A stretch of DNA of 64,000 bases from an uncultured Gammaproteobacteria bacterium (lineage in GTDB: Bacteria; Pseudomonadota; Gammaproteobacteria; UBA9214). The notes under the pieces were generated by a model, which saw nothing but the letters and a program-made list of their open reading frames with translations, searched no databases and was not told where the DNA came from. Position numbers and translations under genes: made by a program. The stretch is from NCBI GenBank assembly GCA_963827755.1, contig CAWHCQ010000013.1, positions 86,619-150,618 of the forward strand, read 5' to 3'. Shown here one piece after another: positions 33,055 through 41,649 of this stretch. Position 1 is the first letter of the stretch. Every line of letters begins with the position of its first letter.

Positions 33055-33240
33055 ATGAGTGCTGTTGTACATGATGTCATACTGAAACCGAAAACAGGAA
33101 AGAAGCGCAGCAAGGCCAACAAGGCGCTGCGTGCCGTGCGCAGGGCGCTTGCGCGTCGCAAGCTTGAACAGATGCGCGATGATCAATTGCTGCAGGAACA
33201 GATCTACGATGTGTTCGAGGACGGTGGCGAAGCCGACTAG
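33055..33240 (+). CDS. Small basic/acidic helical hypothetical protein
   Basis: AGGGGG RBS; 61 aa, ARRKLEQMRDDQLL...D pattern. Confidence 0.65.
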   Translation: MSAVVHDVILKPKTGKKRSKANKALRAVRRALARRKLEQMRDDQLLQEQIYDVFEDGGEAD

Positions 33241-33467
33241 CGTTGTAGCAACACTTCCTTTTTTCGTTGATCAATAAATCACTGTTGCCTGGTTATTCTC
33301 AACCAGGGGCAAGTGTTTGTACTATACCAACCGGCATGATGATGACTGCGGTACGACATCCAGGCATCAGCGCAGGTTGTTCTATACCCTGCTGAATGGC
33401 GAACCGGTCAGCCTTGTTTGAAATTGAAGCCGCTGTTGCGGATGACGGGGCGGAATGAAGCAGGCGC

Positions 33468-33749
33468 CTATTTGGTCCATTCCTGCAATGCTTCAATAAC
33501 CTTCTCGGCCTGGTCCTTGCTGGAGATATTGAACTTCGATTTCTGCTGGTATTCACCATTGCGTTTTTGATAACGGCGAATGGTGTACTTGTCCGGTCCG
33601 TATTCCTCTTTCGAACGGTTCCAGTCCTGGTAACGGTAGATGACGGTTGACCATGCGCCCTTGGTCAGGACCTTCTTGTCGAGCTCCTTGACGGTCTCGA
33701 TTCCGTCCTCTGTATAACTAACGGTAAGCTCGTCGACGGTTGTGGCCAT
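33468..33749 (-). CDS. Conserved hypothetical protein
   Basis: GGAGA RBS; KELDKKVLTKGAWST...RRYQKRNGEY..KSKFNISS. Confidence 0.8.
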   Translation of the reverse strand: MATTVDELTVSYTEDGIETVKELDKKVLTKGAWSTVIYRYQDWNRSKEEYGPDKYTIRRYQKRNGEYQQKSKFNISSKDQAEKVIEALQEWTK

Positions 33750-33891
33750 GTTTTTCTCCAGCTCGGTAGGATGAAAGATGAGGTGTTGGGCCGGCCATCA
33801 TACGGATTTATCCGGGTAGCGGAAGGGCCGGCCACAAACAGCAGGGTTTTCGGCGTATCATTGCCCGTTTCAGGTGTTCGAGAGCTGATCG

Positions 33892-35259
33892 GTGCCAAAA
33901 TACAGAGAAGCCCCCGAGGCGCGGGCCGGTATGCCCGGTGGCATCCCCTATATAATCGGCAACGAGGCGGCCGAGCGCTTCAGTTTTTACGGCATGCGCG
34001 CCATCCTGGTCGTTTTCATGACCCAGCACCTGGTCAATGACAGCGGCGTCCTGGATGTCATGGGCGAGGACGAGGCCAAGGGCTGGTTTCACCTGTTCGT
34101 GGCGGCCGTCTATCTCACCCCCTTGCTCGGCGCCCTGGTAGCCGATGGCCTGCTGGGGAAATACCGCACCATCATCTTGCTGTCACTGGTGTATTGCGCC
34201 GGGCACTTTGCACTCGCCATCGACGACACACGCCAGGGACTTGCCCTCGGGCTCGGCCTGATCGCCATCGGGGCGGGGGGCATCAAGCCCTGTGTCTCCG
34301 CGCACCTCGGGGACCAGTTCGGGCGCACCAACCAGGGCTTGCTGGCACGCGCCTTTTCCTGGTTCTATTTTTCCATCAACCTGGGAGCATTTGTTTCCAC
34401 CCTGGCCACGCCCTGGTTGTTGCAGCACTACGGATCTTCCGTGGCCTTTGGCGTGCCCGGTGTGTTGATGCTGACCGCGACCCTGGTTTTCCGGGCAGGG
34501 CGTCACCGCTTCGTGCATATCCCGGCGGGCGGGCGGCACTTTATAAAAGAGGTGTTCAGCAAGACCGGCCTGGGCGTGCTTGCACGCCTGAGCCTGGTGT
34601 ACGTGTTCGTTGCCGTGTTCTGGGCCCTGTTCGACCAGACGGGTTCATCCTGGGTGTTGCAGGCACAGCAGATGGACCGCTATCTCTTCGGGATTGAACT
34701 GCTGCCCGCGCAGATACAGGCCGCGAACCCGTTGCTGGTGATGCTGCTGATCCCGCTGTTTTCCTACCGGCTCTACCCGGCCATCGACCGCTACTTTCCG
34801 CTGACGCCGCTGCGCAAGATGTCGATCGGGCTGTTTCTGACCGTGCTGGCCTTTGCAATTCCGACCGCTATCCAGCTGTCGATCGATGCGGGCGGTGCGC
34901 CCTCGATCGGCTGGCAACTGTTCGCCTACGTGATGCTGACCTCTGCCGAGGTGATGGTGTCGATCACCTGCCTGGAGTTTTCCTATATGCAGGCACCGAA
35001 AACCATGAAGTCCTTCGTAATGGCTTTTTTCATGCTGTCGATTTCACTGGGCAACCTGTTCACCAGTGCGGTGAATTTCTTTATCCGGAATGATGACGGC
35101 AGCAGCAAGCTGGCCGGGGCGGATTATTTCATTTTTTTCACCCTGCTGATGCTGGGTACGGCCATGCTGTTTGTGCTGGTCGCGCGTTACTACCGGGGTG
35201 AGACCTATATTCACGAGGAACTCGAGGCACACCGGGAACAGGCGGCTTTTCCCGGCTGA
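33892..35259 (+). CDS. POT/PTR family proton-dependent oligopeptide transporter
   Basis: NEAAERFSFYGM, GGIKPCVS, FYFSINLG, EFSYMQAP. Confidence 0.93.
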   Translation: MPKYREAPEARAGMPGGIPYIIGNEAAERFSFYGMRAILVVFMTQHLVNDSGVLDVMGEDEAKGWFHLFVAAVYLTPLLGALVADGLLGKYRTIILLSLVYCAGHFALAIDDTRQGLALGLGLIAIGAGGIKPCVSAHLGDQFGRTNQGLLARAFSWFYFSINLGAFVSTLATPWLLQHYGSSVAFGVPGVLMLTATLVFRAGRHRFVHIPAGGRHFIKEVFSKTGLGVLARLSLVYVFVAVFWALFDQTGSSWVLQAQQMDRYLFGIELLPAQIQAANPLLVMLLIPLFSYRLYPAIDRYFPLTPLRKMSIGLFLTVLAFAIPTAIQLSIDAGGAPSIGWQLFAYVMLTSAEVMVSITCLEFSYMQAPKTMKSFVMAFFMLSISLGNLFTSAVNFFIRNDDGSSKLAGADYFIFFTLLMLGTAMLFVLVARYYRGETYIHEELEAHREQAAFPG

Positions 35260-36356
35260 TGCGTATTTTGTTGCTGTCGGCTTATGACGCGCACAGCCAC
35301 CGGCGCTGGCGAGAGGGCCTGGTGGATGCCTTTTCCGGGCGGGAATGGACGGTGCTGACACTGCCGCCGCGAAACTTTCTCTGGCGCGTGCGCGGCAACA
35401 GCCTGAGCTGGGCGTTCTCGCAACGGGAAACACTGCAGCAGCCATACGACCTGCTGCTGGCCACGTCGATGACGGACCTGTCCGCCTTGAAGGGCATGGT
35501 GCCGTCACTGTCGCGGGTGCCGGGGATTGTCTATTGCCACGAGAACCAGTTTGCCTACCCCGAGCGGCGTGAGCAGCAAGGCCTGGAGCCCGTGTTTGTC
35601 AGTCTCTATGCTGTGCTGGCGGCCGACCGCGTGCTGTTCAATTCCGGTTATAACCGCCAGACCTTCCTCGATGGTGTGCAGGCCCTGTTGAAAAAAATGC
35701 CGGATGCCGTGCCGTCCGGTGTCACTGAACACATTGCGGGCAAGAGTCGTGTCATACCGGTGCCGCTGGAACATCACTGGTTTGCGGGCAGCGCCCGCCC
35801 GCGTGCCGGGGACGCGCCCTTTACCATTGTCTGGAACCACCGCTGGGAATATGACAAGGCACCGGAGCGCATGTTTGCCGCCCTGCTGAAGCTGCACGAG
35901 GACGGTGTGGATTTCAGGGTGCATGTCATCGGCCAGCAGTTCCGTGAACAGCCGCCGGTGTTTGCAAAAATGCGCGCCCGGCTCGGGGCGCATATCGGCG
36001 AGTGGGGGATGGTTGAATCCGCCATGGCTTACCGGCAAGTGCTGCAGCAGGCGCATGTCGTACTGAGCACCGCCCTGCACGAGTTCCAGGGCCTGGCGGT
36101 GCTGGAGGCGGTTGCCTCCGGTTGCATCCCGCTGGTGCCTGACCGGCTGGCCTACCCGGAATTTATTCCCGCTGATTGCCGTTACCCGTCGTACCCGGAT
36201 GATGCTGTGCGCGAGAGCGAGGCGATTGCCGCACATCTCAAGGCGCGCGCGCAAGCCTGGCAGACAGGCGGGCTTCCGCCGCCGCCGGACATAGCGCGGC
36301 TGTCGTGGTCCAGGCTCGGGCCTGTCTACGAACAGGAATTCAGTGCTCTGCTATAG
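35259..36356 (+). CDS. DUF3524 + GT4 glycosyltransferase (GTDC1/QTMAN-like)
   Basis: SH..W, LPPR..WR.R, HENQ..YP, FNS.YN, WNHRWEYDK, HEFQG.A.LEA, PDRL.YPE; TGATG overlap with the transporter. Confidence 0.85.
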   Translation: MRILLLSAYDAHSHRRWREGLVDAFSGREWTVLTLPPRNFLWRVRGNSLSWAFSQRETLQQPYDLLLATSMTDLSALKGMVPSLSRVPGIVYCHENQFAYPERREQQGLEPVFVSLYAVLAADRVLFNSGYNRQTFLDGVQALLKKMPDAVPSGVTEHIAGKSRVIPVPLEHHWFAGSARPRAGDAPFTIVWNHRWEYDKAPERMFAALLKLHEDGVDFRVHVIGQQFREQPPVFAKMRARLGAHIGEWGMVESAMAYRQVLQQAHVVLSTALHEFQGLAVLEAVASGCIPLVPDRLAYPEFIPADCRYPSYPDDAVRESEAIAAHLKARAQAWQTGGLPPPPDIARLSWSRLGPVYEQEFSALL

Positions 36357-36392
36357 TAGGGCGGACCCTGCCTGCCGGACCCGCACCCATCA

Positions 36393-37280
36393 ATGACACT
36401 GCCGCTTCAAAAGAGGGAACAGCTGCACGGCGGGCGCCGCGAGGGCAAGCCCCTGCCGCTGTCACTGCGCGTGATGCGCTTTATGTTTTCAACAGTGGGC
36501 GGGGTGTTTCCGGGCATGATGGGGCGCTGGGCCTGCCGCCTGTGGTTTCGTACCCGGCGTTTTCCCGAGTCGGCGGCAGGCAAGCGTGCGGCCGGGCGGT
36601 CGCAGCGGCTAACCTTGCAGGTCGGCGGCGTGCCGGTCGCGGTCTACAAGTGGGGCGAAGGGCCGGTTGTCCTGTTCGTGCATGGCTGGTCCGGACGGGG
36701 CAGCCAGGTGGCGGCCTTCATCGAACCGCTGAACCGGGCGGGCTACCAGGTCCTTTCCCTGGATGCGCCCGGCCATGGCGATTCGCCCGGCAACAGCACC
36801 AGTATCCTCGAGTGTGCGGCTGTCCTGCAGGCCATCGGGAAAGACCACGGTCCCGTGTATGCGGCCATCACCCATTCCTTCGGCGGCATGGTGCTGGCCT
36901 ATGCCATGAAGCAGGGTATGCCGGTGGGGCGGGTGGTAAGCATCGCTGCACCGGCCAATGCCGGGTTCCTGCTCGATACCTTTGCACAGACGCTCGACAT
37001 GCACCCCGGCGTTGCTGATGTCATGTTGCAGCAGCTGGCGCAGCAATTCGGCAGCGACTATGGCGAGCGTGTTTCAATGACAAATAATGTGCAGGGACTC
37101 GGCGTGCCGGCCCTGGTTATCCATGATGAAGACGATGCGGGTGTGCCGTGGCAACATGGCAGGATGATTGCCGATGCCTGGCCGGGCGCTGAATTTCTCA
37201 AGACCAGGGGGCTCGGTCACGGGCGTATCCTGCGTGATGCAGGGACGATACGGGCTGCGGTTGAGTTTATATCGCGCTAG
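36393..37280 (+). CDS. Alpha/beta hydrolase
   Basis: VHGWSG, DAPGHG, THSFGG, HDEDD, GLGH. Confidence 0.88.
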   Translation: MTLPLQKREQLHGGRREGKPLPLSLRVMRFMFSTVGGVFPGMMGRWACRLWFRTRRFPESAAGKRAAGRSQRLTLQVGGVPVAVYKWGEGPVVLFVHGWSGRGSQVAAFIEPLNRAGYQVLSLDAPGHGDSPGNSTSILECAAVLQAIGKDHGPVYAAITHSFGGMVLAYAMKQGMPVGRVVSIAAPANAGFLLDTFAQTLDMHPGVADVMLQQLAQQFGSDYGERVSMTNNVQGLGVPALVIHDEDDAGVPWQHGRMIADAWPGAEFLKTRGLGHGRILRDAGTIRAAVEFISR

Positions 37281-37318
37281 TATGCATTGAATGCGGCACA
37301 CGTTTAACTTTGAAAAGC

Positions 37319-37810
37319 ATGAAACTGTATCTCGCACAACACGGTGAAGCACTCAGCAAGGCTGAAGACCCTGAACGCCCGTTGAGTGTGCAGGGCCGGC
37401 ATGAGGTCGAGGCGATTGCGGCATTGGCAAACGAGGCGGGCATGCGGGTTGCACGGGCCTGGCACAGTGGCAAGCGTCGCGCAGAACAAACGGCGCAAAT
37501 CCTTGCAAGGACCATGCTGCCGCGCGGCAAGGTCTCGTCCATTGGCGGTATCAATCCGAACGATCCGGTAGAGGACTTCATAGCGGATGCTGACGTCTGG
37601 CAGGACGATACCCTGGTCGTCGGCCACCTGCCGTTTATGTCACGGCTTGTGTCGTTGCTGCTGGTCGGTGATCCGGAACGCGCCCTGGTGAGTTATTCCC
37701 CGGGCAGCGTGGTCTGCCTGGAACGTTCCGGTGAGCATGGCTGGGTATTGCTGTGGATGCTGCGCCCGGATGCCGTGACAGCGCCGTATGACGGGGAGGA
37801 ATCGTCATGA
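37319..37810 (+). CDS. sixA: Phosphohistidine phosphatase SixA family
   Basis: LYLAQHGEA, RPLS, HS..RRAEQTA, VGHLP. Confidence 0.88.
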   Translation: MKLYLAQHGEALSKAEDPERPLSVQGRHEVEAIAALANEAGMRVARAWHSGKRRAEQTAQILARTMLPRGKVSSIGGINPNDPVEDFIADADVWQDDTLVVGHLPFMSRLVSLLLVGDPERALVSYSPGSVVCLERSGEHGWVLLWMLRPDAVTAPYDGEESS

Positions 37811-38052
37811 GCCTGCGCGGTATTGTTCCGCCTGACCCGCAGACCAGCGTCTCGAAGGAATGCTTTGCTGTCATCTTCACCCCCCGGCAGGACCGCAAGC
37901 GCTACCCGGCCGGGTGTGTCGAGGTGTTTGCAACCCGGCAGGCCGCCCTTGCCGCGGCTGACCCCGAAAACAAAAAACATGCCGCCGCGGTTGTCGGGCC
38001 GTCGAAGTCATCCGAAGGCCAGTTTATCTATTACCTGCTTGGCTGGTTATAG
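37807..38052 (+). CDS. Conserved hypothetical protein
   Basis: ATGA overlap with sixA and GGAGG RBS; RDRKRYP..CV and GPSKSSEG..YYL motifs. Confidence 0.75.
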   Translation: MSLRGIVPPDPQTSVSKECFAVIFTPRQDRKRYPAGCVEVFATRQAALAAADPENKKHAAAVVGPSKSSEGQFIYYLLGWL

Positions 38053-38192
38053 GGCAGGGTCGGCGGCGACTATGCGGGCCGGTTCCTGTCTGGCGGTTCA
38101 TGCCAGGCTGAATCGGGTGTAGAGTTGGCGCATGTGTACCCGGCTGGCAGCCGCTGCCGTGTGCCGGGCGACTGACAACGGGGAGGAAAAAA

Positions 38193-39215
38193 ATGCAAAT
38201 AGGCATGGTTGGATTGGGTCGTATGGGGGCCAACATGGTCCGCCGCCTGCTGCAGGCGGGACACGAATGCGTGGTTTATAACCGCAGTCCGGGGCCGGTC
38301 GCCGAGATGCAGGCGGAGGGCGCCATCGGTGCCGGCGATCTCGCTGACCTGGTCGGCAAGCTGCAGCCGCCACGTGCGGTCTGGCTGATGATCCCGGCCG
38401 CCGTCGTTGACCAGCAGGTCGAGGCGTTGAGCCAGTTGCTGCAGCCCGGTGATGTCATCATCGACGGCGGCAATTCCTGGTACAAGGACGACATTGCCCG
38501 CAGTGACCGTCTTGCAGCCAGCGACCTGCATTACGTGGATGTGGGTACCAGCGGCGGTGTCTGGGGGCTGGAGCGCGGCTATTGCCTGATGATCGGCGGG
38601 GAGCGGGAGGTGGTCGAACACCTCGATCCGGTGTTTGCGGCACTGGCGCCGGGTGTCGGCACGATTTCGCGTACCGCGGGACGCGACGGTGATCCCGTCA
38701 CGGCGGAGAAAGGCTACCTGCATTGCGGCCCACCCGGTGCGGGGCATTTCGTCAAGATGGTCCACAACGGCATCGAGTACGGCATCATGGCGGCCTATGC
38801 GGAAGGGTTCAACCTGCTGCGCCATGCCAATATCGGCAACCGGGACCGGACGCATGATGCCGAGACGGCCCCGCTGCGCGATGCCCGCGATTTTCAGTAC
38901 GATATCGATGTCGGTGCGGTTGCCGAACTCTGGCGGCGCGGCAGCGTGGTGTCGTCCTGGCTGCTGGACCTGACGGCCGATGCATTCAGCAAGAGCCCGG
39001 ACCTGGAAGAGTTTTCCGGCCAGGTGTCGGATTCCGGTGAAGGGCGCTGGACCAATATCGCGGCCATCGAGGCGGGTGTCCCGGTGCATGTTTTGAGTGC
39101 CGCCCTCTATGATCGCTTCAACTCGCGCGACCGCGCCGGTTTCGCAAACCAGGTCCTGTCCGCCATGCGTTTTGAATTCGGCGGTCACCATGAGAAGAAA
39201 GGCACCGCAAAATGA
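38193..39215 (+). CDS. gnd: 6-phosphogluconate dehydrogenase, decarboxylating (short form)
   Basis: GLGRMG, IDGGN, DVGTSGG, GHFVKMVHNGIEY, DSGEGRW, MRFEFGGH. Confidence 0.93.
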   Translation: MQIGMVGLGRMGANMVRRLLQAGHECVVYNRSPGPVAEMQAEGAIGAGDLADLVGKLQPPRAVWLMIPAAVVDQQVEALSQLLQPGDVIIDGGNSWYKDDIARSDRLAASDLHYVDVGTSGGVWGLERGYCLMIGGEREVVEHLDPVFAALAPGVGTISRTAGRDGDPVTAEKGYLHCGPPGAGHFVKMVHNGIEYGIMAAYAEGFNLLRHANIGNRDRTHDAETAPLRDARDFQYDIDVGAVAELWRRGSVVSSWLLDLTADAFSKSPDLEEFSGQVSDSGEGRWTNIAAIEAGVPVHVLSAALYDRFNSRDRAGFANQVLSAMRFEFGGHHEKKGTAK

Positions 39216-40768
39216 CGCAACAGGCTATCAAGACGCGAGCCTCGTTGCAGGCCTCGCCGGGTATCATGGTGATCTTCGGCTCTGCGGGGGATCTCACCAA
39301 GCGCAAGCTTGTTCCGGCACTTTATTACCTGTTGAAAGCCGGTTTACTCTCAGAGCGGTTCGCCATCATCGCCGTCGATCACCGCGAGCGCGATGACGCG
39401 GCCTACCGTGAATTCATCGCCGAAGCGGCGCGCCCGTATATCGGTGCCGACCTGTCGGAGGAACACTGGCAGGACCTGCTGCAACGCATCTATTACCAGC
39501 AGGGGGATTTCCTCGAAAGTTCGACCTACGAGGGCATGTCCGGGCTGTTGCAGCAACTGAATGATAAATACCAGGCTGGCGATAACTACCTTTTTTACCT
39601 CGCCACGGCACCGCGTTTTTTCGGCCCGATAGCGGGCCAGCTGCATGCCGCGGGACTGGCGCAGGAAAGCGGGAACCAGTCGCGGCATATCGTGGTGGAA
39701 AAACCGTTCGGCACCGATCTCGAGTCGGCGCGTGCCCTGAACGTGACCCTGCACGAGGCCTTCAAGGAAGACCAGATCTACCGGATCGACCACTACCTGG
39801 GCAAGGAAACGGTGCAAAACATCCTCATGTACCGCTTTGCCAACAGCACGGTCGAGCCGATCTGGAACCGCCGTTACATCGACCATGTGCAAATTACCGT
39901 GGCCGAGTCCATCGGCGTTGAAAAACGCGGCGCCTACTATGACCAGACGGGTGCGCTGCGTGACATGTTGCCGAGCCACATGCTGGCATTGCTGTCGATT
40001 GTCGCCATGGAGCCGGCCAATTCGCTCGATGGCAACGCGGTGCGCGATGAGCAGGCAAAGATCATCCGCGCCATCCAGCCGATTCTGCCGGAGCAGGTGC
40101 TGACCCAGGCGGTGCGCGGGCAGTATGCCGGGGGGGTTCTTGCGGGCGGCGAGCGTGCGCCTGCCTATCGTGACGAGGAGCGTGTCGACAGAAATTCGAA
40201 CACGGAGACCTTCGTGGCCATGAAGTTGATGATCGACAGCTGGCGCTGGGCCGGGGTGCCGTTCTACCTGCGCACCGGCAAGCGCCTGCCGGGGCGCTAT
40301 ACCGAGATCGCCATCCAGTTCAAGCTTGCCCCGAACATGATGTTTCGCGACTCGCTGGAGAAACGCCAGAATGTGCCGCCGAATACCCTGATACTGCGCA
40401 TCCAGCCGGACGAGGGCATCGGCATGTCATTCAATGCCAAGGTACCGAGCCCGGTCGCGCAATTGAGCCCGGTGGAAATGAATTTCAGTTACAGCGATTA
40501 TTTCGGCAGTTCACCCGCGACCGGTTATGAAACCCTGATCTACGATTGCCTGAACGGTGATGCGACCCTGTTCAAGCGTGCCGACATAATCGAGGCCAGC
40601 TGGGAACTGGTTGCGCCGGTGCTCGATGTCTGGGGCGCCCTGCCGCCGCGCGACTTCCCGGATTATGCCGCGGGCACCTGGGGCCCGGACGAGGCCGAGG
40701 AACTGCTTGCCAGGGACGGGCGCAAGTGGCGGCCCTGCAAAAGCTGCATCCTTCCCCATGATCCCTGA
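39212..40768 (+). CDS. zwf: Glucose-6-phosphate 1-dehydrogenase
   Basis: G..GDLTKRKL, EKPFG, RIDHYLGKETVQN, RWAGVPFYLRTGK. Confidence 0.97.
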   Translation: MTQQAIKTRASLQASPGIMVIFGSAGDLTKRKLVPALYYLLKAGLLSERFAIIAVDHRERDDAAYREFIAEAARPYIGADLSEEHWQDLLQRIYYQQGDFLESSTYEGMSGLLQQLNDKYQAGDNYLFYLATAPRFFGPIAGQLHAAGLAQESGNQSRHIVVEKPFGTDLESARALNVTLHEAFKEDQIYRIDHYLGKETVQNILMYRFANSTVEPIWNRRYIDHVQITVAESIGVEKRGAYYDQTGALRDMLPSHMLALLSIVAMEPANSLDGNAVRDEQAKIIRAIQPILPEQVLTQAVRGQYAGGVLAGGERAPAYRDEERVDRNSNTETFVAMKLMIDSWRWAGVPFYLRTGKRLPGRYTEIAIQFKLAPNMMFRDSLEKRQNVPPNTLILRIQPDEGIGMSFNAKVPSPVAQLSPVEMNFSYSDYFGSSPATGYETLIYDCLNGDATLFKRADIIEASWELVAPVLDVWGALPPRDFPDYAAGTWGPDEAEELLARDGRKWRPCKSCILPHDP

Positions 40769-41450
40769 CGCGGCGGCCGGGCCGCACTGGCATTGCCTGT
40801 CCGATGCGGACACGGTTTGCGCGCAGGCCGCGGCGAGGATCCTGGATGCAGCGGCGTGTGCCATCGACGAGCGCGGCTGTTTCCGAATGGTGCTGGCCGG
40901 CGGGCGTACCCCTGAAAAGGTATACCGGCAACTGGCCGGCAGCGATGCCGACTGGACGGCCTGGCAGCTCTACTTCGGTGACGAGCGCTGCCTGCCTGCC
41001 GACGACGCTGAACGTAACAGTGTCATGGCGGCCACTGCCTGGCTGGACCGGGTCGCCATCCCGGCGGACAACATACATCCCATCCCGGCTGAACTGGGCG
41101 CCGGGGCTGCCGCGCAGATCTATGCAGCAGTGGTGAAGGCCGCGCGCCCCTTTGACCTGGTGCTGCTGGGTATGGGCGAAGACGGGCACACCGCCAGCCT
41201 GTTTCCAGGCCAGCATCACCCCCCGCACGAAGTGGTGCATGCGGTACACGATGCCCCCAAGCCACCCGACGATCGCGTCAGTCTCAGCCGTGAGTCATTG
41301 AGTGATGCGCATGACGTAATGGTGCTGGTAACCGGAGCTGGAAAGCGGGACGCACTGCAGCAATGGCAGGCCGGGGATGATCTTCCGGTTGCGCAGATCA
41401 CGGCCCGCAACGGTGTGACCGTGCTCATGGATGCCGAGGCATGTGGTTGA
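40758..41450 (+). CDS. pgl: 6-phosphogluconolactonase
   Basis: LAGGRTP, FGDERC, LLGMGEDGHTASLFP, PKPP..RVSL. Confidence 0.93.
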   Translation: MIPDAAAGPHWHCLSDADTVCAQAAARILDAAACAIDERGCFRMVLAGGRTPEKVYRQLAGSDADWTAWQLYFGDERCLPADDAERNSVMAATAWLDRVAIPADNIHPIPAELGAGAAAQIYAAVVKAARPFDLVLLGMGEDGHTASLFPGQHHPPHEVVHAVHDAPKPPDDRVSLSRESLSDAHDVMVLVTGAGKRDALQQWQAGDDLPVAQITARNGVTVLMDAEACG

Positions 41451-41521
41451 TGGAGAAGGAGAGAGCTGGTCTGTGCCGGATGGTGCTTACCTGCAATGTA
41501 TCGACCTTGTAAAGATTATTG

Positions 41522-41590
41522 GCCACGGAAGCACACGGAAACACACCGAAAAAAATCAATTTTCCGTGATTTTCCGTGTGCTTCCGTGGC
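41522..41590. repeat. Inverted decamer-repeat hairpin between convergent genes
   Basis: GCCACGGAAGCACACGGAAA (41522-41541) is the perfect reverse complement of 41571-41590; arms are built from about 10-nt CACGGAA.CA units. Confidence 0.85.
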
Positions 41591-41649
41591 TATTCTGCAG
41601 GATCGATACTTGACCCGGTGACATTCAACACCGCCTCCCTTTCTGCGGA

